Assembly: GCA_050084985.1 (NCBI GenBank)
Contig: JBITNC010000001.1
Location: forward strand, 147,498,001-147,562,000
Direction of reading: 5' to 3'
DNA length: 64,000 nt
From: Nageia nagi
Lineage: Eukaryota > Plantae > Pinophyta
Both the position numbers and the translations under genes were made by a program. Shown here in pieces: positions 51,679 through 64,000 of the stretch. Numbering within the stretch: the stretch's first letter is position 1; every line of letters starts with the position of its first letter. Below the pieces are notes generated by a model. That model did no database searches, had not been told where the DNA came from, and saw only the letters and a program-made list of their open reading frames with translations.

Positions 51679-52713
51679 TTAATTCTACAACTAGATCAAA
51701 TGCTATTAATTTCAACTAGGATGGATCTTCTTTATTGCAAATGGGTTGGATACTCCTTCTTACAACTCTATTGTATCTCGATCCTCCTTCTAATTATATC
51801 ATAACCTCCTTATTATAACCATTTCAAAACCTTCTTCCTACAACTAGGTCAGAACCTCCTTCTTATAATTGATTTGGATCCTCCTTCTTGCAATTGTATC
51901 AAAACATTCTTCTTACAATTTGTCATTTAGAGCATTTCACCTTAATAGTTTATGAGATTATGTATTATTTGAATTATTACAAGATAAATCAGTCATATTC
52001 AAAAGGATATAACTTTTTCTACATACATCTAATGGGGAAATGATACACCATTAGAATGTTCATAAAAAATCATTTCCAATTTATGGCTACATGATCCTTT
52101 GTTCAAAACATTAGCCCTAAGCATGCATTTGAAGATTTCAACTAGTTGTAGGAAAATGCAATTATCTTAGCTATGTAGATTTAGTACTAACCCAATTGCA
52201 TAAGCCTAAACAGATTGACACTAGATATATGCAACCAAGATGACTACATTTTACTTCAACTAGTTAGAATCTTCAAGTGCATTCCCATGGCTTATTTTTT
52301 GATAAAAAGGGTTTAGATAACCACTCATTGGAAAGGGTTTTCATGAACTTTCTAATAATGTATCATTTTTCCCCTATATATGGTTGATCTATTTTGTAAG
52401 CTTCAACTTATTCCTAACCTCATAAAATATTAAGATGAAATTCTCTAAAAACTTGGTTGCATATCTAATGGTGCCAACTAGGTTGCATGTCTCATGGCCC
52501 TAGTCCAGTTACATGTTTTCACATTAACCTTGTTACATGGATAAATGATGTCGAATCAATTGCATCCATATATGATGTTGAATTGGTTACAAAATATTTG
52601 ATGTTGAAATAGTTACATAGAATCTATATGTGGTATTGAATTGGATGTAAAGTATTTTACATTGAATTGGTTGTAAAATATTTGGTATTGAGTTGGTTAC
52701 AAATTTATTGCCA
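51679..52713. mobile_element. Foldback element: ~250-bp inverted arms (51930-52445) flanked by oppositely oriented short-repeat arrays
   Basis: GAGCATTTCACCTTAATAGTTTATGAGATTA pairs with TAACCTCATAAAATATTAAGATGAAATTCTC, and the inner arms pair up to a ~30-bp loop at ~52190-52218. The left array has TRCAACTAG-like cores, the right array CTAG/TTGGTTRCA cores. ATTTTTTAACAT is directly repeated at 51667-51678 and 52714-52725. Confidence 0.72.
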
Positions 52714-53584
52714 ATTTTTTAACATCTTTTTTTATATTTGTATAAAAATAATTTGCTTATTTATCATATTGCCATCATTTCTAAATAACTTTTCAAAATA
52801 TTCACCAAGATTTTATATGTCAATTTAGGAGGGGTCTCATAATTTACCATGCTAAAAAATATCATCCATTAAGGTAATCTCATCTTATAATATATCATAT
52901 GATTTGACATTGATAGAATCTAATTATTTTCTATAATATACAATAGCATCCATCTTTATATGGTAATAAAAATTAATCTCTTACTTAGTGGGGTGTGCCA
53001 AATTTTGTATTAATCACATATGGATCAATCAAATTTGATTGAAATTTACCTTTAAGTTCTTAAGAGGTTGTAGTGTTTGATACATTTTTAAGAAATACCA
53101 AATTACTTATTTGAAATTACTTAGATTTGATTTTCTTTCAATATTCCCTTTTAATCCTGGATTGATACACTCTTAAGTGTTTAAGTGCATTGATCCTTTT
53201 TTCATATAATATTTGTATTTATTACAATCTTTCTCTTCTTTGATCCTCTTCATTTATAATTCCTCTTAGTGAAACTCTCAAATATGGTATCTAAAACTCT
53301 AAAGGAATCATAACCTCATCTCCATAGATAATTAAAAAAGTGGTTTCCCTAGTTAGAGTCCAAATACTTGTGTGATAGGTCTATAATGCATATGGAATTT
53401 GTTCATACAAATTCCTATCATTATTTTAAATTATTTTTCATAATATACTTCTAATGATCTTGTTTGATGCTTTATATTCTTCATTACCTTATGTATAATA
53501 TGGTTTTGAATATTATTTCTCAATATGAACTATTTTGTAAAACTATCTCATTTTCATACTTCTAAGGTTAGGCTTATTATCCAT

Positions 53585-56500
53585 AACAACTATAGAAGGA
53601 ATTTTAAATCTTGTAATGATGTATTCAATAATAAAATCTATCAACTTAACTAAAATCATGGACTTCAAAGGAATAGCCTCAACCTAATTTTGTATAATAT
53701 TTCATGGTTATTATGATAAACTTGTGACCATCACTTGAGTTTGGGTTGATAACACCAATAAGATCAATAGCCCAACTATAAAATGGTTATGAGTATGTAA
53801 TTATTGTTAATGCTTGTGAAGGTTTAAGTTCCAAAATTGCATTATTTATATAATTGACACACTTCTTTATATGTTGAAAATAATATTATTCCATAGTTGG
53901 CCAATAATACCCCATTCTAAGTAACCTTTGATAAATTGATATACAATTGAAATGACCACCAAATATATCATCATGAGATTATTCTAGTGTAGTTTTAGTT
54001 TCTCTACTATGTAAACATCACAATAAGGTACCTTCAAAATATATTTTATAAATTATGTTTCCATTAATGATAAAATTAGTTACAAGTTTCTTGAGTCTAG
54101 TTCTTTCATTTCTATTTTCATTATCTTTCATCCCTCTATGAATAGTATCATTCTTAAGATACTAATAAATATCCTTACACCATGGACTAATATCAAACTC
54201 CACATTTGTAATTGTACAAACATAATAAAATTGTTCAACATAACTAGTATGGCATGAACACTTACCCAATTTCTTTATTATGATAATTGTCTCTTTACCA
54301 TCAATTTTAATAGGCATAATAGAAGCCATAATAACCATAGCATCTACATAGCTATTGTTATTTCTTGGGATATTGTCTAAATAATACTCATCAAAATAAT
54401 TAATTTATATAATAAATGAGTCTTTGTAAGGGATAATATTTTCATCTTTTGTATTATATATGTCATATACTTGGTTAATAATCAATTGTGAATTACAATA
54501 AATATGAATATGCTTAATTTCCATGCTAATTGTTACCTTTAATCCCAATATAATAGCCTAATATTTGATTACATTGTTAGTGCAATCAAAAGCTAATTTA
54601 TATGGCATATGAGTAACTAATCCATGAGGGGATATCAAAATAAAACTTGCCCCACTCTATTCATACATTTCAAACCATCAAAGAAAAATTTCCAAGGTTT
54701 TTCTTTTTGTGTAGAGGCACATTCATCTTAAAATTCTTCATTTAGAGAAGTATCATCATATGGAAAATCATCGATAAAATCTACCAAAACTTGAACTTTA
54801 ATTAATTTTTTGTTAATAAAAATAAGATCAAATTCTTACAATAACATTACCCATTTTGTATCCCTTCCTGATAAGTAAGGTTTTATAACAAGTATTTTAA
54901 TGGATCAGACTTAGTAACATCATCATGAGTAGTATGCTCTAACATATAATATCTTAATTTTTTTAGTTGCCACAATAATAACATAACATTATTTTTCAAT
55001 TGAAATGTACCTTATCTTAAATTCCACCAATGTTTTTCTTATAAAATAAATAACTCTTTCTTTTCCATTGTCATCTTTTCTAGTAAGCATTATCCCCAGG
55101 AATTGTAAAGTATCAGATATGTACAACCATAGGAGTTCTCCATGTTGATATAATGAAAAAACTAGTAGATTTATCAAATATATTTTAATGTTATCAAAAG
55201 CTTATTTATATTTCTCATCCCATATAAATTTTATTTTTTTCTTGAGAAAATGATGCATATTTATCAACAAGTTTAGAAATAAATATTCTTATTGCATTTA
55301 TTTTTCCTTGAATACTTCTAAGTTATTCCAAATTTATTTGAGGTTGAGTGTCTTTAATTTCTTTCATTTTATTTGGATCTAATTCAATACCTCTTCTAGA
55401 TTTGATAATGTACCCTAATAGTTTTCTAGAAGAGACACCAAATAAATATTTTTGGGGTTTAATTTTAAAGTTATATATGTCCATTCTTTCAAACACTAAT
55501 TTTGAATCATGAATTCGGTCTTCCTTTATTTTTTAGTTTACTAAAATATCATCTAAATAAACCTTTATATTGATATGTATAAGATCATAGAACATGGTTT
55601 TGATAGCTCTTTGGTAAGTGGCTCCTATATTCTTAAGACCAGAAGGCATAACTTTATAATGAAAATTACCCCAAGGAGTTCTAAATATTATTTTATATTG
55701 GTCACTTTCTTTAATTTTAATTTGGTTATAAACTAAAAATCCATATATAAATGATAACATCTCATAACCATCCACACTATTAACAATCAAATCAATATTA
55801 GGCAAAGAAAAATCCTATTTCAAGCATGCTTTATTCATTTCTCTAAAATTGGTACACATTATAACTTCTCTATTAGGTTTTGGGTTGGAACTATACTAGA
55901 TATCCAAGTAGAGTAATCTATATGTGCTATAATTTTTTCTTTAAGTTCTTTATCAATTTATTTATTTACTAACAAAGATATTATGGGATTTATTTTTCTA
56001 GGTTTTATTTAATAGGTTTAGTATCTTTTTTAACAACCTAAATATGTGTAATAAAATTTTCATCTAGACCAAGAATATCCTCATAAAACTAAGAAAATAC
56101 CTTTTTAATTTATTAAAATATTTCTTGAAATTTATATTATTTTGCAAACCATTTTCTTGATTTTATGAATTTTTTTATTTTCTTGAGTTTCTTATTTCTA
56201 TAAGATGATCTCATCAACCTCCTCATTGATCATAGGTATCTATTCTTAGAGTTGAAGTGGTGGTTTTAAGTCATTTAATCCTACACCATAAAATCACCCA
56301 TCATGCTTATGATTATTTATGTGACACCCCTACTTAGACCTACACCTACTCCTACTCCTACGTTTTTATAGAAAATGAAAGAAAAGGGAGAGTAGTGGTC
56401 CAAAAATTCACCAATGGTATCCTCATCATGAACATATTTTTTAAATTATGCTTGAGGATAAGGAAAATAACCCTTGGATCTCATGTCACTATACTTTAGA

Positions 56501-59500
56501 AACTAGAACCTGGCTCCTAGAAACTCTAGAATAGCAACCTCACACTCAAAGATATCAACATATACTTCTACAAGATCATTCTCATCAATAAAAAATAAAA
56601 TAAACCAAGCATACAAGCTTGCTATCATCCTCATCAAATAATTTTGATATATCAATAGTGGTCATATATTTAGATAAGTGTGCAAATAGAAGGTATCTTT
56701 TGACTCATTTTGAAATCCAACTCCTACCTTTTTCTTTGTGGCTTCTACATTTTCAAGAAATTCTTCCATATTTTATTCCATTTTATCTAATCCTTTACCC
56801 TTATATTTACATCTAACAACCATATATCCTATCTAAAACCCTTAACTAAATTTTAAATAAGATCATAGCATACCTAGATAGCTTATTTGAAATGGATAAG
56901 TTGATGAATTAGATTTATAAATAGTGTTATATATCATTAGTATTGAATAAGATCTTTTGAAGTATATCTAAAGTGCAATCATAATAAAAAATGAACCACT
57001 AGTGATCCTCTTCTTGAGGAATTGGGTATTGTAGCTTTGGAATTGGATTAGGTTCATTAATAGCAAGCTTAGATTGAGTTTATTTCCCTTTTATAACTAA
57101 AGAAATAGATTGATGATGGTCCTCTTTATGCTAATAGTGGTCCATTTTTTATGGATCTATTAGTCTATGTAAAGAGTTTTTTGGAGTTGAGCACACTAAT
57201 GTTCAAGATTTTATATATCCCAACATAAGTATCATCATTTTTCCTTTTGTTTTATCTTTATTACAAATATTTTAGGAAATTTGAAAGGAGGAAACTATTA
57301 ATAATATGCAAAGCTACATCTCTTTACTAACTCTTCATCTACATCGATATTGATAATCTTTTCATTTTTCTCAAAGTTGATACATCTATGTTATATGTAG
57401 GGAATAATTGCATCCATATCATGAATCCAAAATCTTCTAAGGATGATAATGTATGGTATCTTGGTATCCATCATATAAAGAGAGGTAGTAACTTTATTTA
57501 GTCCAACCTTGATAGGAAGTTTAATGGTACCAATATAATTTCTTGTTGTATTATCAAATTCTCTTAGCCTCATTATTGATTTTTCAATAGGTGGAAGTCT
57601 TCTATCAATTTGATCAAGGAGAACCATAGAAGTAATATTGAATTTTGATACCCTAATTTCCAATACCTTTCAAATAGTATCATTTAACATTCTAGTTTAG
57701 ATATGAAGTACCTCATACTAATCGACCACATATTTACTAGGATGATCTCTAGTATCAAACTTAATCATATTGTATTAAGAGAAAAAACTAAGTAAATCAG
57801 TAAATTCAATAGCAAAAATATTTGTACTTACCTTTTCCTTCTTGAAGATCCATAAAGTGCATTTTTATGTAACTCAAATAAGAGTATCAAATTATACAAG
57901 CTTATTTTATCTTTTGTGTTCCTTAATTGATCTTCCAAGTTGTAGCTCCTAAGATCTTTATGAAGCTCCTTTATTTCAACAAGAACTAGATCTACAAACT
58001 ATTTTGGTGGCCTTCCTCTTTTTATTGATGTACAAATATCCTCATTGAAATGATATTGATATGTTTCTCTTTAGGCTCTTTCATGTAAGTACATTCATAT
58101 GTAACATTATTGATCAATTACAAAATCTTGGCTCTTAATCTTTTATAAGTTTTAATGAGATGTTCCCTCCCTTGATGATAATAACAAAAATGGTCTAGGG
58201 ATTGATATCACTCTCTTCTTATTTTGGTAACAATTGTAGAAGGAATTTCAAATCTTATAATGATGTATTTAAGAATAAAATCTATCAACTTAACTAAAAT
58301 CATGGACTTAAAAGGAATAGCCTCAACCCATTTTGTATAATATTTCATGATTATTATGATAAACTTATGACCATAACTTAAGTTTGGGTTGATAACACCA
58401 ATAATATCAATAGACCATGAATTAAATGGTCATGGGGATGTAATTATTATTAATTCTTGTGAAGGTGTAAGTTCCAAAATTACATATTATTTTATAATTG
58501 ACACACTTATTTATATGTTGAAAATAATATTATTCCATAGTTATCCAATAATACCCCATTTTAAGTAACCTTTGATAAATTAATCTACAATTGAAATGAC
58601 CACCACATATATCATCATGAGATTATTCTATTGTAGTTTTAGTTTCTCTATGGTGCGAATATCTCAATAAGGTACCTTCAAAAGATTTTTATAAAGTGTT
58701 TTTCCACTAATGATAAAATTAGTTACAAGTTTCTTGAGTGTAGTTCTTTCATTTTTATTTTCATTATCTTGCATCCCTCTAGGAATAGTCTCATTTTTAA
58801 GATACTCATAAATATCCTTACACCATGGACTAATATCAAACTCCATATTTGTAATTGTAAAAACATGATAAAATTGTTCAACATAACTAGTATGGCATGA
58901 ACACTTACCCAAATTCTTTATTATGATAATTATCTCTTCACCATCAATTTCAATAAGAGTAACAGAATTCATAGTAGCCATAGCATATGCATACCTATTG
59001 TTATTTCTTGGGATATTTTCTAAATAATACTCATAAAAATAATTAATTTATATAATAAACAAGTCTTTGTAAGGGATAAGCTTTTCATCTTTTGTATTAT
59101 ATATATAGTTCACTTGGTTAATAATCAATTATGAATTACCATAAATATGAATATGCCTAATTTCCATGCTAATTATTACCTTTAATTCCAATATAAGAGC
59201 CTCATATTCAGCTATATTGTTAGTGCAATCAAAAGCTTATTTATATGGCATATGAGTAACTAATCCATTAGGGGATATCAAAATAAAACTTGCCCCACTC
59301 TATTCATACATTTCAAACCATCAAAGAAAAATTTCCAAGGTTTTTCTTTTTGTGTAAAGGCACATTCATCTTGAAATTCTTCATTTAGAGGAGAAGTATC
59401 ATCATATGGAAAATCATTGATAAAATCTACCAACACTTGAACTTTAATTAATTTTTTGTTAATAAAAATAAGATCAAATTCTTACAATAACATTACCCAT

Positions 59501-62250
59501 TTTGTATCCCTTCCTGATAAGTTTTGATAACAAGTACTTTAATGGATCAGACTTAGTAACATCATGAGTAGTAGTCTCTAACATATCATGTCTTAATTTT
59601 TTAGTTGTAACAATAATAACATAATATAATTTTTCAATTAGAAAATACCTTATCTTAAAGTCCACCAATTTTTTCTTATAAAATAAATAACTCTTTCTTT
59701 TCCATTATCATCTTTTCTAGTAAGCATTATCCCTAAGAATTGTAAAGTAGCGGATAAGTACAACCATACGAGTTCTCCATGTTCATATGCTGATAAAACT
59801 AGTAGATAAATCAAATATATTTTAATGTTATCAAAATCATATTTACATTTATCATCCCATATATAGTTTATTTCAGGCATGCTTTATTCATGTCTCTAAA
59901 ATTGGTACACATTCTAACTTCTCTATTAGGTTTTGGTTTGGAACTACACTAGAATTCCAAGAAGAGTAATCTATAGGTTCTATAATTTTTTCTTTAAGGT
60001 ATTTATAAATTTATTTATTTACTAACAAAGATATTGTGGGATGTATTTTTTTACTTTTTTATTTAATAGGTTTAGCATCTTGTTTAACAACCAAACTATG
60101 TGTAATAAAGTTTTCATCTAGATCAGGAATATCCTCAAAACACTAAGAAAATACCTTTTTAATTTATTAAAATATTTCTTAAAATTTGTTTAATTTTCTA
60201 AACCATTTTCTTGGTTTTATGAATTTTTTTATTTTCTTGATTTTCTTATTTCTCTAGTATGATCTCATCAAACTCCTCATTGATCAAAGTTATCTCTTCT
60301 TAGAGTTGAGGTGGTGGTTGTAAGTCATTGAATCCTCCACCATAAACTCATCCATCATGCTTATGATTATTTATGTGACATGCCTACTTAATCCTACACC
60401 TACTCCTACTCCTACTTTATTATGGCAAATGAAAGGAAAGGGAAACTAGTGGTGCAAGAATTCACTTGTGGTATCCTCCTCATGAACATATTTTCCAAAG
60501 TATGCTTGAGTATAAGGAAAATAACCCTTGGATCTCTTGTCACTAGACTTTGCAAACTTGGACCTAGCTTCTCACCCTAGAATAGCAACCTCACACTCAA
60601 AGATATGAAAATCTACTTCTCCATGAGCATTCTCATCAATAAAAAAAATAAACCATACATATAAGCTTGTTATAATCCTCATCAAATAATTTTGATATAT
60701 CAATAGTTGTAATAGATTTATATAATAATGAAAATAGAAGTTATTCTTTTGACTCACTTTGAAATCCAACTTCTACCTTTTTCTTTGTGGCTTCTATATT
60801 TTCAAGAAATTCTTATATACCCTATTCTATTTTATCTAATCATTTACCCTTATATTTACATCTAACAATCATATATCCTCTCTAAAAACCTTGACTAAAT
60901 TTTAAAAAGGATTATTGCATACCTAGATAGCTCAGTTTGAATGGATCAATTGATAAATTAGGTTCAAAAATAGTGGCATATGTCATTAGGATTGAGCAAG
61001 ATCTTTTGATATTTATTAAAAAATGAACCATGAGTGATCCTCTTCTTAAGGAATTGGGTGTTATAGCTTTGCAAATAAATTAGGTCCATTTATAACAAGC
61101 TTAGATTGAGTTTATTTCCCTCTTTTAGCTAAAGAAATAGGTTGAAGATGATCCTCTTCAAGATGATAGAGATCCTTTTTTGTGGATCTATATGTCTACT
61201 TAAAGAATTTTTGGAGTTGAGTACACTAATGTTCAAGATTCTATATATCCCAACATAAGTGTCATCAATTTTTTAATTTTATTTGATCTTTCTTATAAGC
61301 ATTTTAGGAAAGTCAAAAGGAAGAAATTGTTAAGAATATGCAAAGCTACATCTCTTGCATAAATCTTCATCTACATCAATCTTGATAGTATCTCCATTAT
61401 GGTCAAATTTGATGCATCTATGTTATATGTAGGGAATAATTACATCCATATCATGAATCCAAAATCATTTAAGGATGATATTTTAAGGTATCTTGGTATC
61501 CATCATATAAAGAGAGGTAGTGACTATCTTTAGTCCAACCTTGATAGGAAGTTTAATGGTACAAATATACTTTCTTGTTATATTATCAAATTCTCTTAGC
61601 CTCATTATTGACTTTTCAATAGGTGGAAGTCTTTTATCAAGTTGATCAAGGAGAACCATAGAAGTAATATTAAGGGTTGATCCCCTATTTATTAATACCT
61701 TTCCAATAGTAGCATTGAACATTCTAGTTTAGATATGAAGTACCTCATACTAATTGACCACATATTTACTAGGATGATCTATCAAATTTAATCATATTGT
61801 ATTGAGAAAAAAACCTAAGTAAATAAGCAAATTCAACAGTAAAAATATTTGTACTTACCTTTTCCTTCTTGATGAGTCATAAAATGCATTTCTATGTAAC
61901 TTAAATATGGATATCAAATTATACAAGATTATTTTAGCTTATGTGTTCCTTAATTGATATTCCAAGTTGTAGCTCCTAGGATCTTTAGGAAGCTCCTTTA
62001 TTTCAACTAGAACCAGATATATTGGTGGCCTTTCTTTTTTCATTTATGTACAAATATCATCATTAAAATAATATTAACATATTTCTCTCTAGGCTCTTTC
62101 ATGGAAATACATTCATATGCAACATTAGTGATTAATTCCAAAATCTTGGCACTTAATATTCTATAAGTTTTAATAAGATGTTCCCTCCCTTAATGATAGT
62201 AACAATAATGATCTAGGGATTGATATCACTCTCTTCTTATTTTGGCAATA
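53585..62250 (-). repeat. Tandem duplication of the gag-end/PR/RT/RH/aRH/INT block (53585-58235 versus 58236-62250)
   Basis: Paralogous ORFs 57391-57663/61483-61722 and 54989-55177/59650-59880; junction at ~58228-58236. The copy at 58236-62250 lacks ~584 bp of the RT core. Confidence 0.92.
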
Positions 62251-63200
62251 ATTGGATAAGATTGTTTTATAAAAGCTCATCAAGAATATCCTTTGGAGTT
62301 TTTTCAAATCTAATAAATATCAATTTTGGTTATCTTTTCCATATTTGGACTCTTTTTTCAATAGAATTAACTTCCTTATTATCTTTCTTTGGTTTATATG
62401 GCTTATTCCCTTTATCTTTATTACTCTCATGTTTCACTTGACCAATTTTTACAAGCATTTTTTCTTTTTCCATTAATTTGTGACCATATCAGAAACCCTA
62501 AGTGAGTATAAGCCTTAGCATATGCTTGAAATTGTAAAGAAGATTTTTCTTAAAAACATGAGTGACTTCCTTTTCATCAATTTTAACATGAAGTTGTTGT
62601 CATACCTTTTTGAATATTGGAATGTATCAGCAATTCTTACCTCTCATTTTATATTATGCTTGTATTTCTCCATAAATGGAATGCAAAGTAATCAAAATAA
62701 GGTAATGGAAATTCTTGCTATGGAATAGAACCATTCACATGCATCATCCTCCAAACTATCCAAAAAAACCTTAGCCAAAAATATTTGATCAATTCCCACC
62801 TCAAGCTCACATTCATCACGAAATCCTTAAATATGCTTCCTTGGATCACCTTAAGCTATTGAACTTACTAAAATTTTAGAGTTTTATAAAATTTAGTTAG
62901 GGCTTCAGTATGAATCTCTTATAAAAGGGAGATAATAATTTTATCATATACCATGCTAGGATTCCTAACTATCACCTCAACATCTTGTAATCTACAATTC
63001 AGATCGTTAGGTACATTTTTATGTTATGGATACCTTCATCTTTGTGATGGATCTCACAATTATGAGTTAATAATTCTTCCACATAATGACCCAAATGATG
63101 CAAGAATACCATAATTTGTTTAGGAGTTGGCTGAGTTAGATCCATCTTAGAAAAAATATTAGTCCTATCCAAAAACCCTAGTATATTTTTGGCATAATTA

Positions 63201-63223
63201 GTTCGATACAGTCAGGTTCATCA
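63201..63223 (-). promoter_or_regulatory. PBS complementary to tRNA-Trp (degenerate)
   Basis: GTTCGATACAGTCAGGTTCATCA versus the tRNA-Trp 3' end GTTCGATTCACGTCGGGTTCACCA. Confidence 0.75.
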
Positions 63224-64000
63224 ATTTTAAGGATGGGGAAAAATGCAAATAGCAATAATAAATCATCCTAGTGCCTACTTAGATTGAAATGGCCAAAGAT
63301 AAATGATAAAGGAAATGAATAATATTCAATGAATAATAAACTAATACCTATCAAGATAGGAAATTAGATACTTACCTATGTTACTTACATGTTGTGTATG
63401 GAAGGAAGAAAAATATGAATAAGAAAAAATAAGATGAAGATACCATAGAAATCACAACTCATCAATCCATTAGAAAAGGATCATCATCGACCCTTAATAG
63501 GATTTCATTTGTCCTCGACAATCTTAGTCGATCCTTAACAAATCATCATTGATCCTCAACGGGTCATCATCAGTTCTCTTTTGGAGGAATTATACCTCAT
63601 GACCAAAATTGATGCTTTGTTCACCTACTTCAATGTTAAAAATGTACACAATAATAGAATAATAGCTTACATAAGATATATAGAGTATCCAATTTCAAAT
63701 CTTAATAAGGTGGTAATGAAGATCACCTAAATAGGAATATGGCACTCTCAAGCTTAGAATAAGTTATCAAATATATCTTGATAGTGGACTTATTTATATA
63801 AAGGATTTATAGGGGACTCCACAATATAACCCACTCCTTGGATGAGTGCCCACTCCTTAGGCCAAGTGTCACCTACAAAATATAATACACATTAATCCAC
63901 TATTATAGATTATAATGTATTTGTATTGATAATAGTGAAATAATGTGAAATAGTTATTTAACGATTAAAAGTAATTAAATTAATGTAACTACACTCACCT

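Larger units (their letters stand above)
52990..64000 (-). mobile_element. Ty3/gypsy Ogre/Tat-type element with tandemly duplicated gag-end/pol; 5' LTR runs off the window
   Basis: LTR from ~63226; tRNA-Trp PBS 63201-63223; gag ATG at 63145 (GDPRKHI*GF..LEDDACEWFYSI); PR (KVLINRGSTLNI); RT (PNIDLIV, YNQIKI, VYLDDILV); RH; aRH; INT ending in the GPY-like KFQSNLIDPYVI at ~53000. Confidence 0.92.

Noticed and set aside
60300-60600. Ogre-type intron between protease and RT
   Set aside because: The spacer exists in both pol copies, but splice sites could not be assigned with confidence.

Overview
AT-rich, almost CpG-free plant nuclear DNA. The transposon lineages and the depth of methylation-type decay suggest a large-genome gymnosperm (inference). 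There is no intact protein-coding gene; the window is nested, decayed transposons plus host-gene fragments. From left to right: (i) possible MULE/OTU exon remnants, a GT47-A (GT17/MUR3-like) galactosyltransferase fragment and an NFP/NFR5-like (LYR) LysM-receptor pseudokinase fragment, all on the minus strand; (ii) a 5'-truncated copia (7630-17352 plus LTR) split by a full-length copia (10252-16917, TSD GATAG) whose LTRs carry tandem copies of their own PBS; (iii) a plus-strand Ogre/Tat gypsy (~19600-51400) interrupted by a ~290-bp TIR element (8-bp TSD), which itself holds a 12-kb LTR element (TSD CCTAT) containing hAT and chromovirus fragments, and by a gag-only LTR element (38984-46997, tRNA-Trp PBS); (iv) a ~0.5-kb foldback hairpin; (v) a minus-strand Ogre/Tat element with a tandemly duplicated pol. 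The best candidate for an undescribed system is in two distinct Tat-type elements. Each carries an antisense Plant Mobile Domain (PMD) gene, spliced in at least one case, next to a 3'-UTR tandem array, and the two arrays share a ~19-nt core motif. All identities are by-eye estimates, and family calls come from motif recognition, not database searches.
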